64,000 nt of DNA, taken from Nitrosopumilus sp. (GTDB taxonomy: Archaea > Thermoproteota > Nitrososphaeria > Nitrososphaerales > Nitrosopumilaceae). The notes below the pieces were generated by a model. It was not told where the DNA came from. It saw nothing but the letters and a program-made list of their open reading frames with translations, and searched no databases. A program made the translations under genes and the position numbers. How positions within the stretch are numbered: the first letter of the stretch is position 1; each line of letters starts with the position of its first letter. Shown here one piece after another: positions 54,943 to 64,000 of this stretch. The stretch spans positions 32,001-96,000 of the forward strand of contig OZ250186.1 of assembly GCA_965238275.1 (NCBI GenBank), in the 5' to 3' direction.

Positions 54943-56624
54943 AGATCTCATGCAGAATGTGCCTGATTTAAAAAACTGAATTAAATTGGGTTATTCCCAC
55001 GTGCGGCACCACATGCGGCCGAATATCCACAGAATCGTAAAGCATGCCAATCCAAGAAGGATAACCGAAACGTTAAGATCGGTGATTTTTACGCCACACC
55101 GTGATGGCAATGCTAGTCGATCCAACGGTGCAGAGATTACGGCAGGAAAACGAGGCGCTCAGGGAGTCGGATGAATCCTGCCGGCAGAGGATCAGGGCCC
55201 TCAGGGAAGCACGCAGGACAGACCGACAGAAGTGCGAGGCGCTCAAGGAACGCCTGACTGATCACTGGACCGTCACGTCGAGGGTTCTCGACGACATCAT
55301 AAAATATCCGGAATTACTGCACGCCATGACGCTGCGCACCCCGGAAAAGTTTGGCCACACGCTGAACCGCCTCGAGGAGCTTTTGGAGCGGAACGGGGAG
55401 ACTGCGCTCTTCCGGGAAATCGAGAACAGATCGAAAAACTCCGGGAGCAGGCGCATCCTGCCCCTGAGGCACGCGTACCTGCTGTGGCTGTTTCGGACAA
55501 GGCTGAGCATACCGCAGGAAGCCCTTGCCGCGATGTTTGGCGTCGACCAGGCCACCGTCTCCAGGTATCTCCCGTTGATGACCAGGCTGCTCGGCGAGAC
55601 AGGCACGGCGCCGCACAAAATCAGTGAGGCTGTACAAAAGACCAAGACACTCGAGGAGAGCAAGAAGATAATACCCGGCAGGAGGGGAGGAGAACTGATG
55701 GTGGACGGCACGCACAACCGGGTCAGAAGGTCCGCGGACAAGGAGAGACGCAAAAAGACGTACTCTGGCAAGAAGAAGGCGCACACGTACAATACCAACA
55801 TCGTGATCAACAAGCGCCGCGTGATAGTGGCGATAAGCAAGACCGTTCCGGGCAGCGTCCACGACAAGACCCTGCTCAACGAGGATCCGCCAAACCTTGG
55901 AATCATTACGGCAAGGATGGGCCAGAAGGACGTGCCCGAAAAAGAAAAGCCTGACGTCCTGATGGACAAGGGCTACCAAGGGACAAGAGAGGAATATCCC
56001 GGATGGCACATCAGGCACCCGCACAAGAAAAAGCGTGGAGCCGACAAAAAGACCGGCGGCCTGACAAAGAAGCAGCGCGCCTACAACAAGAGGGTAAACA
56101 GCTCCCGTGTGGCCATAGAGCACGTCATCGGAAGCCTGAAACAGTACAAGAGGCTGACTGACCCGTACGACGGCACCGAGGAGGAGTACAACGACGAGCT
56201 CAACGCGATTGCGGGAATGGTAAACCAGGATCTGATGTGGGACGAAATAAAACTCAGGGACGCGGACCTTCTCAAAAGGCTGGCCGAAAAAAGGGCGCGC
56301 CTCTGAGACAGGGCGGCACGAGCCGCCTGACGGAGTGAAAGGCAGGTGGCATCAGGCAGTGCAGGAATGTCGCGCACGGCATCCAATATTTGTGCAAATT
56401 CCCCCACCATTCCCCATGAAACAACCTGCCGCCCCGGGGACGGATGCCGCACATCCACAGGACGTGCCTTATTTTCCAATACTGGAAACTGGATTTTTCA
56501 CATGGACGTGCAAGACAAATTTGTAAAATATACGGCAGACGAGATTTTCAAATATGGCCACGGCTAGCGCAGTTCTGACATGATTTTATGATTTGCCACG
56601 TCAGGCACATTCTGCATAGGATCT
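54943..56624 (+). mobile_element. IS5/ISL2-like element, complete
   Basis: 24-bp TIRs agatctcatgcagaatgtgcctga / tcaggcacattctgcataggatct (22/24); 3-bp TSD ATT. Confidence 0.9.
55101..56306 (+). CDS. IS5-like (DDE_Tnp_4) transposase
   Basis: FGVDQATVSRY, VDGTH, YSGKKK, GSVHD, MDKGY, RVAIEHVIGSLK. Confidence 0.92.
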   Translation: MMAMLVDPTVQRLRQENEALRESDESCRQRIRALREARRTDRQKCEALKERLTDHWTVTSRVLDDIIKYPELLHAMTLRTPEKFGHTLNRLEELLERNGETALFREIENRSKNSGSRRILPLRHAYLLWLFRTRLSIPQEALAAMFGVDQATVSRYLPLMTRLLGETGTAPHKISEAVQKTKTLEESKKIIPGRRGGELMVDGTHNRVRRSADKERRKKTYSGKKKAHTYNTNIVINKRRVIVAISKTVPGSVHDKTLLNEDPPNLGIITARMGQKDVPEKEKPDVLMDKGYQGTREEYPGWHIRHPHKKKRGADKKTGGLTKKQRAYNKRVNSSRVAIEHVIGSLKQYKRLTDPYDGTEEEYNDELNAIAGMVNQDLMWDEIKLRDADLLKRLAEKRARL

Positions 56625-56645
56625 ATTAGTGTTCATTAGTGACTT

Positions 56646-56716
56646 TGTTAAGTTATCGGCACTTGGCCAATATTGTTAACTCTCGACATCTGATGGGTGT
56701 TAACTTACGGCATCTA
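56646..56716 (+). repeat. Array of three TGTTAA-motif copies
   Basis: tgttaagttatcggcacttg (56646), tgttaactctcgacatctg (56674), tgttaacttacggcatcta (56698). Confidence 0.75.
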
Positions 56717-56755
56717 ATATGCATGGATCTAAGCTGCCTGTAACTGGATGCAACC

Positions 56756-57364
56756 TTATGGGTCAAAGTCGTCAATATGCTTCTGTGCCCGTCCGTTTTT
56801 GGGTTTGCCGTTTTTTACCATGTCTGCCAGCTCCTTTTTGTACGATTCACGCGCAGGAAGGGTGCCAGATTCTCCCATAGCATTGAGCCGTTGTTTTTCC
56901 TTCTGGAACAGTCCGATTCGCTCCAGCGGTCTCTGTTTTCTCTTCAGCATGCGGTAATGCGTGAACGGCACCGAGTCCTCTATTTCCTCGGCATCAAACG
57001 ACTTTGCTATCGCGAGCAGATCCGTTATGTAGCCTTGGCTAAGACCAAAGTCCTTGGACAGCGCTGCGGTGTAGTTTGTTACCTCAAATCTGTCTTGGAC
57101 GGATACGGCAAAGTCCAAGAACAGCTTGCCTGCCCCGAAATACGCGGAGCTTGGTACCGTTTTCTTGGGATTGCCGAGTTCGTCACGGAACCGGCTTTTT
57201 GCGGATTCCACCATGTAGGAATACTGTGCGTTCAATTCGGCTACCTTCTTGGCTGCATCCTGGCCAAGATCCGCGTAGTACGCCATGTCGATCATGGCAC
57301 TTGTCTTGTGCCCTCCGGCAACGGATACCCGTACCATACGCACCGGGATGGCGTTCAAAGCCAC
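56756..57364 (-). CDS. Hypothetical DNA-binding protein, DUF1016-N/YhcG-N-like
   Basis: YFGAGKLF...ALSKDFGLSQGYI...VPFTHYRML resembles the HTH and SWSHY motif of the DUF1016 N-terminus; overlaps the ATPase stop. Confidence 0.5.
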   Translation of the reverse strand: MALNAIPVRMVRVSVAGGHKTSAMIDMAYYADLGQDAAKKVAELNAQYSYMVESAKSRFRDELGNPKKTVPSSAYFGAGKLFLDFAVSVQDRFEVTNYTAALSKDFGLSQGYITDLLAIAKSFDAEEIEDSVPFTHYRMLKRKQRPLERIGLFQKEKQRLNAMGESGTLPARESYKKELADMVKNGKPKNGRAQKHIDDFDP

Positions 57365-58881
57365 ACCTTGTGCAGTATATCCTCAAAATGTGCGAACGTG
57401 GTGACTGCATCCATCTCAATTTCGTCGTTTTTGGCCTTGATGAGCGACGAAATGACCACGCGGGTGAGGTTGTAATCGTGCAGCGTGCGGTTGTTTTCGA
57501 CGCGCTTGTGGAATGGGTGTCCTACGTTGTACACCACGGCTCCGCTGGACGGATCCAGCCACCCCTCGCGCCCGTCTTGCGGAGCGTCAAGCGGTATGAT
57601 GCATATGCCCCGGCTTTTGCGGGGTTTGGCTTTTCCCGATTGTTCGGACTTCTCGTCTTCGAAGTGACTGGTTCCGTTCTGGTTGTCGCCGGGGGCATCC
57701 TCATGGTGGCCGGACGCCCCGTTTTCCGAATGCATTGAAGTCTGGGAGCCTTGCATTTCGCCTATTTTGATGTCGCCGTCATCGGATCGGACCAGCAGGT
57801 CTTGCTTGACTATCTTGGCAAACGGGTTGAATTGCTTCAATTCCGGCATGCGCAACGCCTTGTTGAGGCGTTCCGTGAGCTCGTTCACCACCACCTGCGT
57901 GTCGTTTATCTCCTTTGACACGTCGCGCAGGTAGCCGTTGGATTTGAGAATTTCATAAAAGTTATTCTTGACGCTGGCGAGTATCTTGTTGGTATGAAAG
58001 TTCCGTTCAAAGTTTTCCTTGTTGGTCGTGAGATGATCCGCCAAGACCGTCACGTCGGCCATGCAGAATATGCGCTTTTCATGCTGTGGCCTTACTTGCG
58101 CGATCCAATCGACCTGTTCGTTCTTTATCCTCTTACCGTGGACGTAATACGTTACGTGTCGCAGGTCGGCAGATATCTCGTCGTCTGCCACCCAAACGCG
58201 ACACGGCATGTGGTAGCGTTTGTGTTTTGACGTTTTTTGGAACGACTTGCCTTTCGGCTTCCATGGCAGCACCGGTATGTCCCCTATTATCAGCGAAAGC
58301 CGCTTCGAGATGAGCGCCGCGTTGAACCAGAACCGCAGGCTTCCTTCCATGTTCTTTATCAGCCACGCGTATCCGGTTTCCGGCACCCTTACAGTATATG
58401 TGGTGCCGGATGCGTGGTCGGAAACGGCATGCCCTGTTATGGTCTCCATGCTCACCCCGTTGCCGTTAGTTTCCCACACGATCTTGTCCGCCCCATCTCT
58501 TGATCTTTCCCGCCACATCCTTGAGGCGAGCACGTCGCTACCTTTTCCGGTAACGGTTGTGATTTCGGCGTCTGGCCATGCAGCCATGAATATCTTTGCG
58601 CCGACGCCTGCAAACCCTATACCTTTCCCCTTCTCTTTTGTGGACACCGCCACCGTATGATAGTTCACGAAATCAACCTCGTTCATCGGAACGCCGTTGT
58701 TATGGAACGTTACGTGACAGCCGCTTGGGTAGCGTTTAAGGTCGATGTTGATCGTGTCAGCCCCGGCGTCCATGCCGTTGGCTACCGCTTCGAGCACGAG
58801 CACTTCTATGTCCTCGTATTCGTACATACCAAGCAGGTTTTGTAGCATGTTGAGCAAGTTGACGGTCATCGGTTGCTTCAT
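57355..58881 (-). CDS. GHKL (MORC/Hsp90-like) ATPase
   Basis: EAVANGMDA, HNNGVPM, GKGIGFAGVGAK, SGTT motifs; S5-like ADHLTTNKENF; YNVGHPF C-terminal motif. Confidence 0.85.
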   Translation of the reverse strand: MKQPMTVNLLNMLQNLLGMYEYEDIEVLVLEAVANGMDAGADTINIDLKRYPSGCHVTFHNNGVPMNEVDFVNYHTVAVSTKEKGKGIGFAGVGAKIFMAAWPDAEITTVTGKGSDVLASRMWRERSRDGADKIVWETNGNGVSMETITGHAVSDHASGTTYTVRVPETGYAWLIKNMEGSLRFWFNAALISKRLSLIIGDIPVLPWKPKGKSFQKTSKHKRYHMPCRVWVADDEISADLRHVTYYVHGKRIKNEQVDWIAQVRPQHEKRIFCMADVTVLADHLTTNKENFERNFHTNKILASVKNNFYEILKSNGYLRDVSKEINDTQVVVNELTERLNKALRMPELKQFNPFAKIVKQDLLVRSDDGDIKIGEMQGSQTSMHSENGASGHHEDAPGDNQNGTSHFEDEKSEQSGKAKPRKSRGICIIPLDAPQDGREGWLDPSSGAVVYNVGHPFHKRVENNRTLHDYNLTRVVISSLIKAKNDEIEMDAVTTFAHFEDILHKVWL

Positions 58882-58932
58882 GTTTCATTGAATTGTTGTG
58901 ACCTTGTTAAAAAGTTAAGTTACTCTGGATTC

Positions 58933-58979
58933 TGCTACGTTATCGTCACCTGAGCGCGACTGTTAACCATCGTCATCCA
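58933..58979 (+). repeat. Two more TGTTAAC-motif copies, 28 bp apart
   Basis: tgctacgttatcgtcacctg (58933) and tgttaaccatcgtcatcca (58961); a further tgttaa at 58905. Confidence 0.6.
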
Positions 58980-59080
58980 ATAAACAAATGTACTGTCCCC
59001 TGACGGATGCGATACATGAGACCACATTGACAGCAAACCTCGTAGTATGCAAGATTCGGGATTTCGATGGTTGACTACAG

Positions 59081-59971
59081 TTACTCGTCAAAACTGACGG
59101 AAAACTTGGATGAATCAAACCCAAGCGTGTCCAACAGTTTGATTGTGTATTGCTTGACTCCGGTTTGGCTTAGGTTGCTATTGATATACAGTGTATGCAC
59201 AAGCTTGCTACTCTTAAACGGAATACCGGTTCTGTGTTCACCTCTGGAATTGATAATGGTACTCTTTGGGGTGTACTGAATGGGGCAGTTCATTATATTC
59301 AGATGTCTGTTATCCATCAGCCACTTTACCGTGCTGGCAAGTATGTCAATCCATTTATTGAGTTTGGCAGATGAGGCATCTGGGAAGTAAAGCCTTGTAG
59401 GAGGATGCTTCAATGGATTGGGTATCTCGGAAATTGGTATCTTTCCATGTAGATCACTTTCCTGAATGAGTTCAGGTTCTTTGGTTGATTTGACTTCCTC
59501 AGTTTCCTCTACACCTTCGCTCGCAATTATCTGGTGCAGATTTATCGCGTTGGATATGAAGCTTTTCGGATCGTCGTTCAGGTTGAATGCGTACTCTGGG
59601 GTTATCTTTGACCTGACGTAGACGTTCCATTGTATGCCGTCGGTGACAACGCCGTACTGTACATCTGAATCATCCAGATACTTCTCCACCATGCTTCTTT
59701 TTGGCGTCTTGCCTACACGCTTTGCTTCGATAATCATCGTCTTCCCCATCCTGTAGTCTACCCTGTTTTTGCTGGCCAAGGATTCCTCCATTACAACGGC
59801 ATCCGGATTGGTCAGATCCCAGCCGAGCTCCACTAACAATGGATCAATCAACACGTACCGGGTCATGGTCTCGTTGTTGGCAAGCACTGCATTGTGGTCC
59901 TTGGCTTTCATTCTCAATGTCTTTACCAATTCATTTAGTTGTTTCAACAAAAATACACAGTAAATACACAC
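59081..59971 (-). CDS. HsdR_N-like restriction endonuclease domain + C-terminal putative DNA-binding domain
   Basis: NETMTRYVLIDPLLVELGWD, RVDY...IIEAKR, VVTDGIQW; C-terminal KWIDIL...LYINSNLS segment; start uncertain. Confidence 0.8.
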   Translation of the reverse strand: MCIYCVFLLKQLNELVKTLRMKAKDHNAVLANNETMTRYVLIDPLLVELGWDLTNPDAVVMEESLASKNRVDYRMGKTMIIEAKRVGKTPKRSMVEKYLDDSDVQYGVVTDGIQWNVYVRSKITPEYAFNLNDDPKSFISNAINLHQIIASEGVEETEEVKSTKEPELIQESDLHGKIPISEIPNPLKHPPTRLYFPDASSAKLNKWIDILASTVKWLMDNRHLNIMNCPIQYTPKSTIINSRGEHRTGIPFKSSKLVHTLYINSNLSQTGVKQYTIKLLDTLGFDSSKFSVSFDE

Positions 59972-60181
59972 ATACTTACATTATTAAGCCTGTCTATGTT
60001 CACTTGTCGTGTGGTTTCCACAAATCGAGATAGTTCTGATAGATTTTGGTGATCAAACCACTAAAATTTACCAGAGCCAGTCCAGCTGCACGCCAATGGA
60101 AATGATCCAACCGACCGAGGCATATTTCCTGAGATGCAAAAGCGCGCTTGGGCGGGTTCATCCCGTCAATCACGGCAGGCG

Positions 60182-60376
60182 TCAGGTCCCGTCATCGGGC
60201 ACGTAGATGCGCTCGAAGAAGGCCCGTCTGATGACCACGGTCATGCCGCCACAGACGGCCAGGTAGTCGCCCCTGCGGGCCTTGACCGGGCCGTTGTCCG
60301 TGTCTACCGTGGAGGCCTCGCCTATCCTGCGCGCCAGGATTGTCACGCCGGTATTGGTGTTGCGGTACATCCTCAT
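60182..60376 (-). CDS. Small phage-like protein (T..G...A..GDY...FF..Y motif)
   Basis: VDTDNGPVKARRGDYLAV...FFERIY. Confidence 0.5.
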   Translation of the reverse strand: MRMYRNTNTGVTILARRIGEASTVDTDNGPVKARRGDYLAVCGGMTVVIRRAFFERIYVPDDGT

Positions 60377-60460
60377 GGAGTGCCCACCCCTACATGGAAT
60401 TTGCAGCGGATTTGCTCCAACAGTATTGGTCTCACGTGACCAATTCCAACGCATGCGTGC

Positions 60461-60712
60461 ATGCCAACCATGCCCGGCAGATGCAAATATACAGTTCCCC
60501 GCATGCGCAACCTGTCAGGGGAGGTTTCGGTTCAGACGCTTGGGATATGCCACAAGTGCGGCTTGGTTGCCCTGACACCACAGGAGGTGGAGACGATGAT
60601 AGGATACAGGCGTGCAAACGGGAAGTGGATAACCCTGCCCAACTGCCACAAATGCAGGACAAGGCTGTCCAAAAGCCCCAAAAAATGCACGGGGCAAACC
60701 GCAAGAAGATGA
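60461..60712 (+). CDS. Small zinc-finger hypothetical protein
   Basis: CHKCG...GYRR...PNCHKCR. Confidence 0.45.
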   Translation: MPTMPGRCKYTVPRMRNLSGEVSVQTLGICHKCGLVALTPQEVETMIGYRRANGKWITLPNCHKCRTRLSKSPKKCTGQTARR

Positions 60713-61152
60713 CAAAGAAATCGATTCTCATGGGCACGATCCAGAAAAGAAGACTGAGATCACCAAAATTTACCACCAAGGTACAGGCATGGCTTAACTC
60801 ACTTTTGAACAGCCTTGCAGAGTGCACCATACTTTTGAACACCGTGTTGAACTGCGGCGGAATCGAATCTGGAGAAGATCCAAAAACACACTTTTGAACA
60901 GGGAACGTTAGAGATCACCAAAATTTACCAGAGCCTGACAACCGGCCCTTTCGGCAGATCATCAGCATCCGTGACGGTATCGGCGCGAAGCGTAACCCAA
61001 AAATCCGCGGTGGGCAAGTCCCACATTCGCGGTGATGGCGTGGATACAACCAGAGGATTCTTGGGAGATTCCGGGTTGACGCCCCCAACCGACGCCGCGC
61101 GGGGATCATTGGTTCACACGTTTTATAATCAATCCAAGCGAACCAGAAACCG

Positions 61153-61776
61153 ATGGGCGCGCCGAAAGCCAACGTGTTTGACTACTTTGGTTCCAGTTTG
61201 GAGGAAACGTTCATGATCGGCCAGAAAGGCGCCGAAGCGCTGGCCGACGCGTACAACGAGTCCGGTTGCTGCACGTCGATCAAGCAATTCATCAAAGTCA
61301 CCAAACGCCACGTCGATCCCGACTTGGCAGAACTGCACAGGTTTCCATTGGAGGCAGTGGCAATCGAATGCCGCCTGGACTGGGAAGAGACGCGACGCGG
61401 GTTGAAAGACTCAAGCCTCAAACCCGAAACCAAAAAGGCAATACATGCCTTTTTCTCAAGGCTCGACGGGCGCGGACTGCGCGGGCTGCAAATCCAATAC
61501 CACATTACAGACAAACTATCCGAACTGCCCGCCCTAGACGACGTCACAGACAGCGGGGAACTCATAGAGGTCGGCGGCTGCGGGGGCGAACCCGCGTGTT
61601 ACCTGCCCGCGACCAGAATCAGTTTTGCCTTCAGCGGCAGGCAAAAAATGTCCGCCGTCTTCTCCCAAGACGGCCTGTCACGACTCATTTCCAGGTTACA
61701 GGGAATTTACGACGAAAGATCCAAGTCAGCCGCGAGGCATGGTGGGATAATAAGCAACCTGCCGGTTATCTGGTGA
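61153..61776 (+). CDS. Hypothetical protein
   Basis: 207-aa ORF with a TTTTATAA box ~25 nt upstream. Confidence 0.6.
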   Translation: MGAPKANVFDYFGSSLEETFMIGQKGAEALADAYNESGCCTSIKQFIKVTKRHVDPDLAELHRFPLEAVAIECRLDWEETRRGLKDSSLKPETKKAIHAFFSRLDGRGLRGLQIQYHITDKLSELPALDDVTDSGELIEVGGCGGEPACYLPATRISFAFSGRQKMSAVFSQDGLSRLISRLQGIYDERSKSAARHGGIISNLPVIW

Positions 61777-61886
61777 GGATTCTGCCTGAAAATTAGGAAT
61801 CCCATTTACCATGAAATAACCTGCCACCCCTGACAAATGCCGCACATCCACCGAATGCGTCTTATTTTCCGGTCCCATGGCAAGGA

Positions 61887-62358
61887 TCATAAGTCCGTGT
61901 GGATCAGCACAGTTTTTTTTTTGTTCACATAATTGATCAATTCCAGGCGGAACCGTGCCGTTCGATAATAGGTAGAGACGGCCCGGCACATGTCAGAAAA
62001 TGTCCTACAATATTTGGAAACCAGCAGCCGGCGCTTTCCCTGACGCCAGCACTCTTCCATGGTGTTCAGGTATGGCAAACTCTTGAAGAAATGCATGATC
62101 TTCCATCGTCGTAACGGCATAGCCGGTCACGAACCCAGTTCGGACTACGTCCTTGGATGTCGGCAGCCTCTCCCACGGGCATGTCGAGCACGCGCACCAT
62201 GCGTACCGCGATCATCCTGGTTTGGATCTTGTGGCTCTTTTCTTTTTTGCACACTTTTTTGAATTCTTCCCGTTTAGTGTTGTCCATGCATCGCTGGAAT
62301 GAGTTCTGATCTACAAACTTTTCGATTATTCGCACACGAACTTTGGCGCGTTAGTATA
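61887..62358 (-). mobile_element. Internally deleted IS630 derivative
   Basis: Left end TATACTAACGCGCCAAAGTTCGTG; N-terminal HTH fragment joined to the C-terminal PYLNTMEECW fragment. Confidence 0.75.
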
Positions 62359-62399
62359 GGATTAACAGAGACAGAAAACGAAACTATTACTAACCACCC

Positions 62400-63065
62400 A
62401 TGCTAGTTTATAAACAGAATATGAAATCATCAAAGTTTATCATAGTCAACATCACTTGGAATCGTGATAAGTGGCGTAGTTCCGCTTACATCAATCCGAA
62501 AGCTGGTCACAGATATGTTCGAGAATCTCCTGGCCACGAATCATTAAACTTTGACTTTAACAAAAAAGGATTGAATGATGAAAAACATGTGTTTGGTTAT
62601 GCACAATTGAGGGGATACCCACGACGATTCGAAGAGCCGGGAGTGATTTTCTTTTTTACCAAAAATCTTGATAAAAATCAAAATGAGATAGTTGGTGTTT
62701 ATGGCAACGCCGAAATGGTAAAGTCAGAGAGATTGATAAAACGGAAAGAATCTGGAAATGGCAGTCTGTCCGCATTAATAAAAGCTGAAAAGGAGAAATC
62801 AATTTTATTTCCAATTTATTTGGATGCAGACATGTATTCAGAAGGGAAAAGACTGGTACCTCAATCTGGTTTAGTGTACATATCGCAGGAATTAGCTACC
62901 AAAATGATAACTGACGAAATTGAGATTCTTAAAAAAACTGGCAAAATGACGAAAGAGGAAGATAAATTGTATTTAATTTTTGAATTAATAACTGGAAACA
63001 ACCATGTCGATTATGACAATAGGTATTCAAGAGAGCACAGTGCCGGTTTAGAAAATGATGAATAG
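62400..63065 (+). pseudogene. AT-rich hypothetical gene (nuclease-associated N-terminus?), probably truncated by IS
   Basis: NITWN..W...GHESLNF...IVGVY pattern; the stop TAG is formed at the IS left-end junction (63063-63065). Confidence 0.5.
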
Positions 63066-64000
63066 AAAATATGCGTAATCCCCCTGTTCACATCGATAAA
63101 TTTAGATCAGGCACGATCGCGTCTCACATCAAATGCCAGACTCGCCTGATCAGATCATGCACAGATTGGAACAGGAAAACAGAAGCCTAAAAAATATTCT
63201 AAAGCAGAAAGACAAAAAGCTGGAACAGAAAGACAAAAAGCTGGAACAGAAAGACAAAAAGCTGGAACAGAAAGACAAAACCCTAAAAAATATTCTAAAG
63301 CAGAAAGACAAAAAGCTGGAACAGAAAGACAGGGAGTTGGGCCTTGAACGCGGCCTGTGGAAGAGCAGGAACGATGGCTGGAACCCCGGCAAGGGGCCAG
63401 CGTTGCACCTGCTAGAGGTGCTAGACGGCATAATACGCGACGGGGACAAGCTCCGCCATGTCACGCTGGCAGACGGGGAACAGTTCCGGTACATGCTGGA
63501 GCGGGCCAAGGTGTTTCTGACGCATTCGGGCCAGATGCCGCTGTTCCGCGATAACGCATCCCGGGTCTCCGATCCCGGAAACCGGTGCAAACTGTACCTG
63601 AGACACGCACTGCTCCTAGCACTTATCCGCAAAAAGGACAACCCCGCCCAAGGCGTGCTTGCCGCATTCTTCGGGATAGACCAGACCACCGTGTCCCGGT
63701 ACATTCCGGTGATGGATGCGATGCTGGCAGGAATACTTCCGACGGCAGACAACATATCCGAGGAGGTAGCTGCTGCCCCGACCAAGGAGGATTTCAAGAA
63801 GATCGTGCCCGGGTCCGACGGGGGCGAGATATTCATAGACGGCACGCACTGCCCCGTGCAGCGCCCGTCCGTAAAGTCAGTCCGGCGCATGAAATACTCC
63901 GGCAAGAAGAAAAAGTTCACCAACAATACCAACGTGTACGCCAACCGGGACGGGGTGGTGATCGGCATATCAAAAAGCACCGTCGGGTCAGTCGGCGACA
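63064..64000 (+). mobile_element. Second copy of IS5-like element B (partial; transposase from 63133)
   Basis: Near-identical to 37906 onward; preceded by AAT; heptad repeat 54 bp shorter. Confidence 0.93.

Larger units (their letters stand above)
27964..64000. mobile_element. Integrative/defence genomic island (right end not in window)
   Basis: Three integrases, several defence-type genes, AT-rich genes, many IS elements, and no core genes after 27.9 kb. Confidence 0.7.

Overview
Archaeal genome segment, most consistent with an ammonia-oxidising Nitrososphaerota (Nitrosopumilaceae-like) organism. This is inferred from rpoH-rpoB, PEFG-CTERM and CFI-box-CTERM proteins, an S-layer-like protein and an MCO-ZIP operon. 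Bases 1-27.9 kb are largely core chromosome: rpoB (partial) and rpoH, four tandem PEFG-CTERM surface proteins with mobile-element debris between them, iscS-larE-larC / mdh-larB / radical SAM, an intact IS66, two IS481 elements stacked at one target, CDF, MoeB, ZIP and multicopper oxidase. From 27.96 kb to the window end is an accessory/defence island. It carries three tyrosine recombinases, AbiE, a PRTase, an OLD-like ATPase-TOPRIM, an IS-split PD-(D/E)XK nuclease, TPR proteins, an AAA ATPase plus S8 protease (IetAS-like), a GHKL/MORC ATPase plus a DUF1016-N-like partner, an HsdR_N nuclease, and many IS5-, IS630- and IS3-type elements or remnants. The most unusual unexplained signals are four. 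(1) A ~19-bp TGTTAAC-N-GGCACCTG motif in ~28-bp-periodic arrays brackets both the AbiE operon and the GHKL operon. (2) Two different IS481 elements have overlapping 15-bp target duplications at the same site. (3) A convergent paralogous integrase pair has a dif-like palindrome upstream. (4) A TnpB remnant ends in an IS630-type terminus. No tRNA, rRNA or CRISPR array was recognised. All product calls come from motif recognition by eye; no database search was run.
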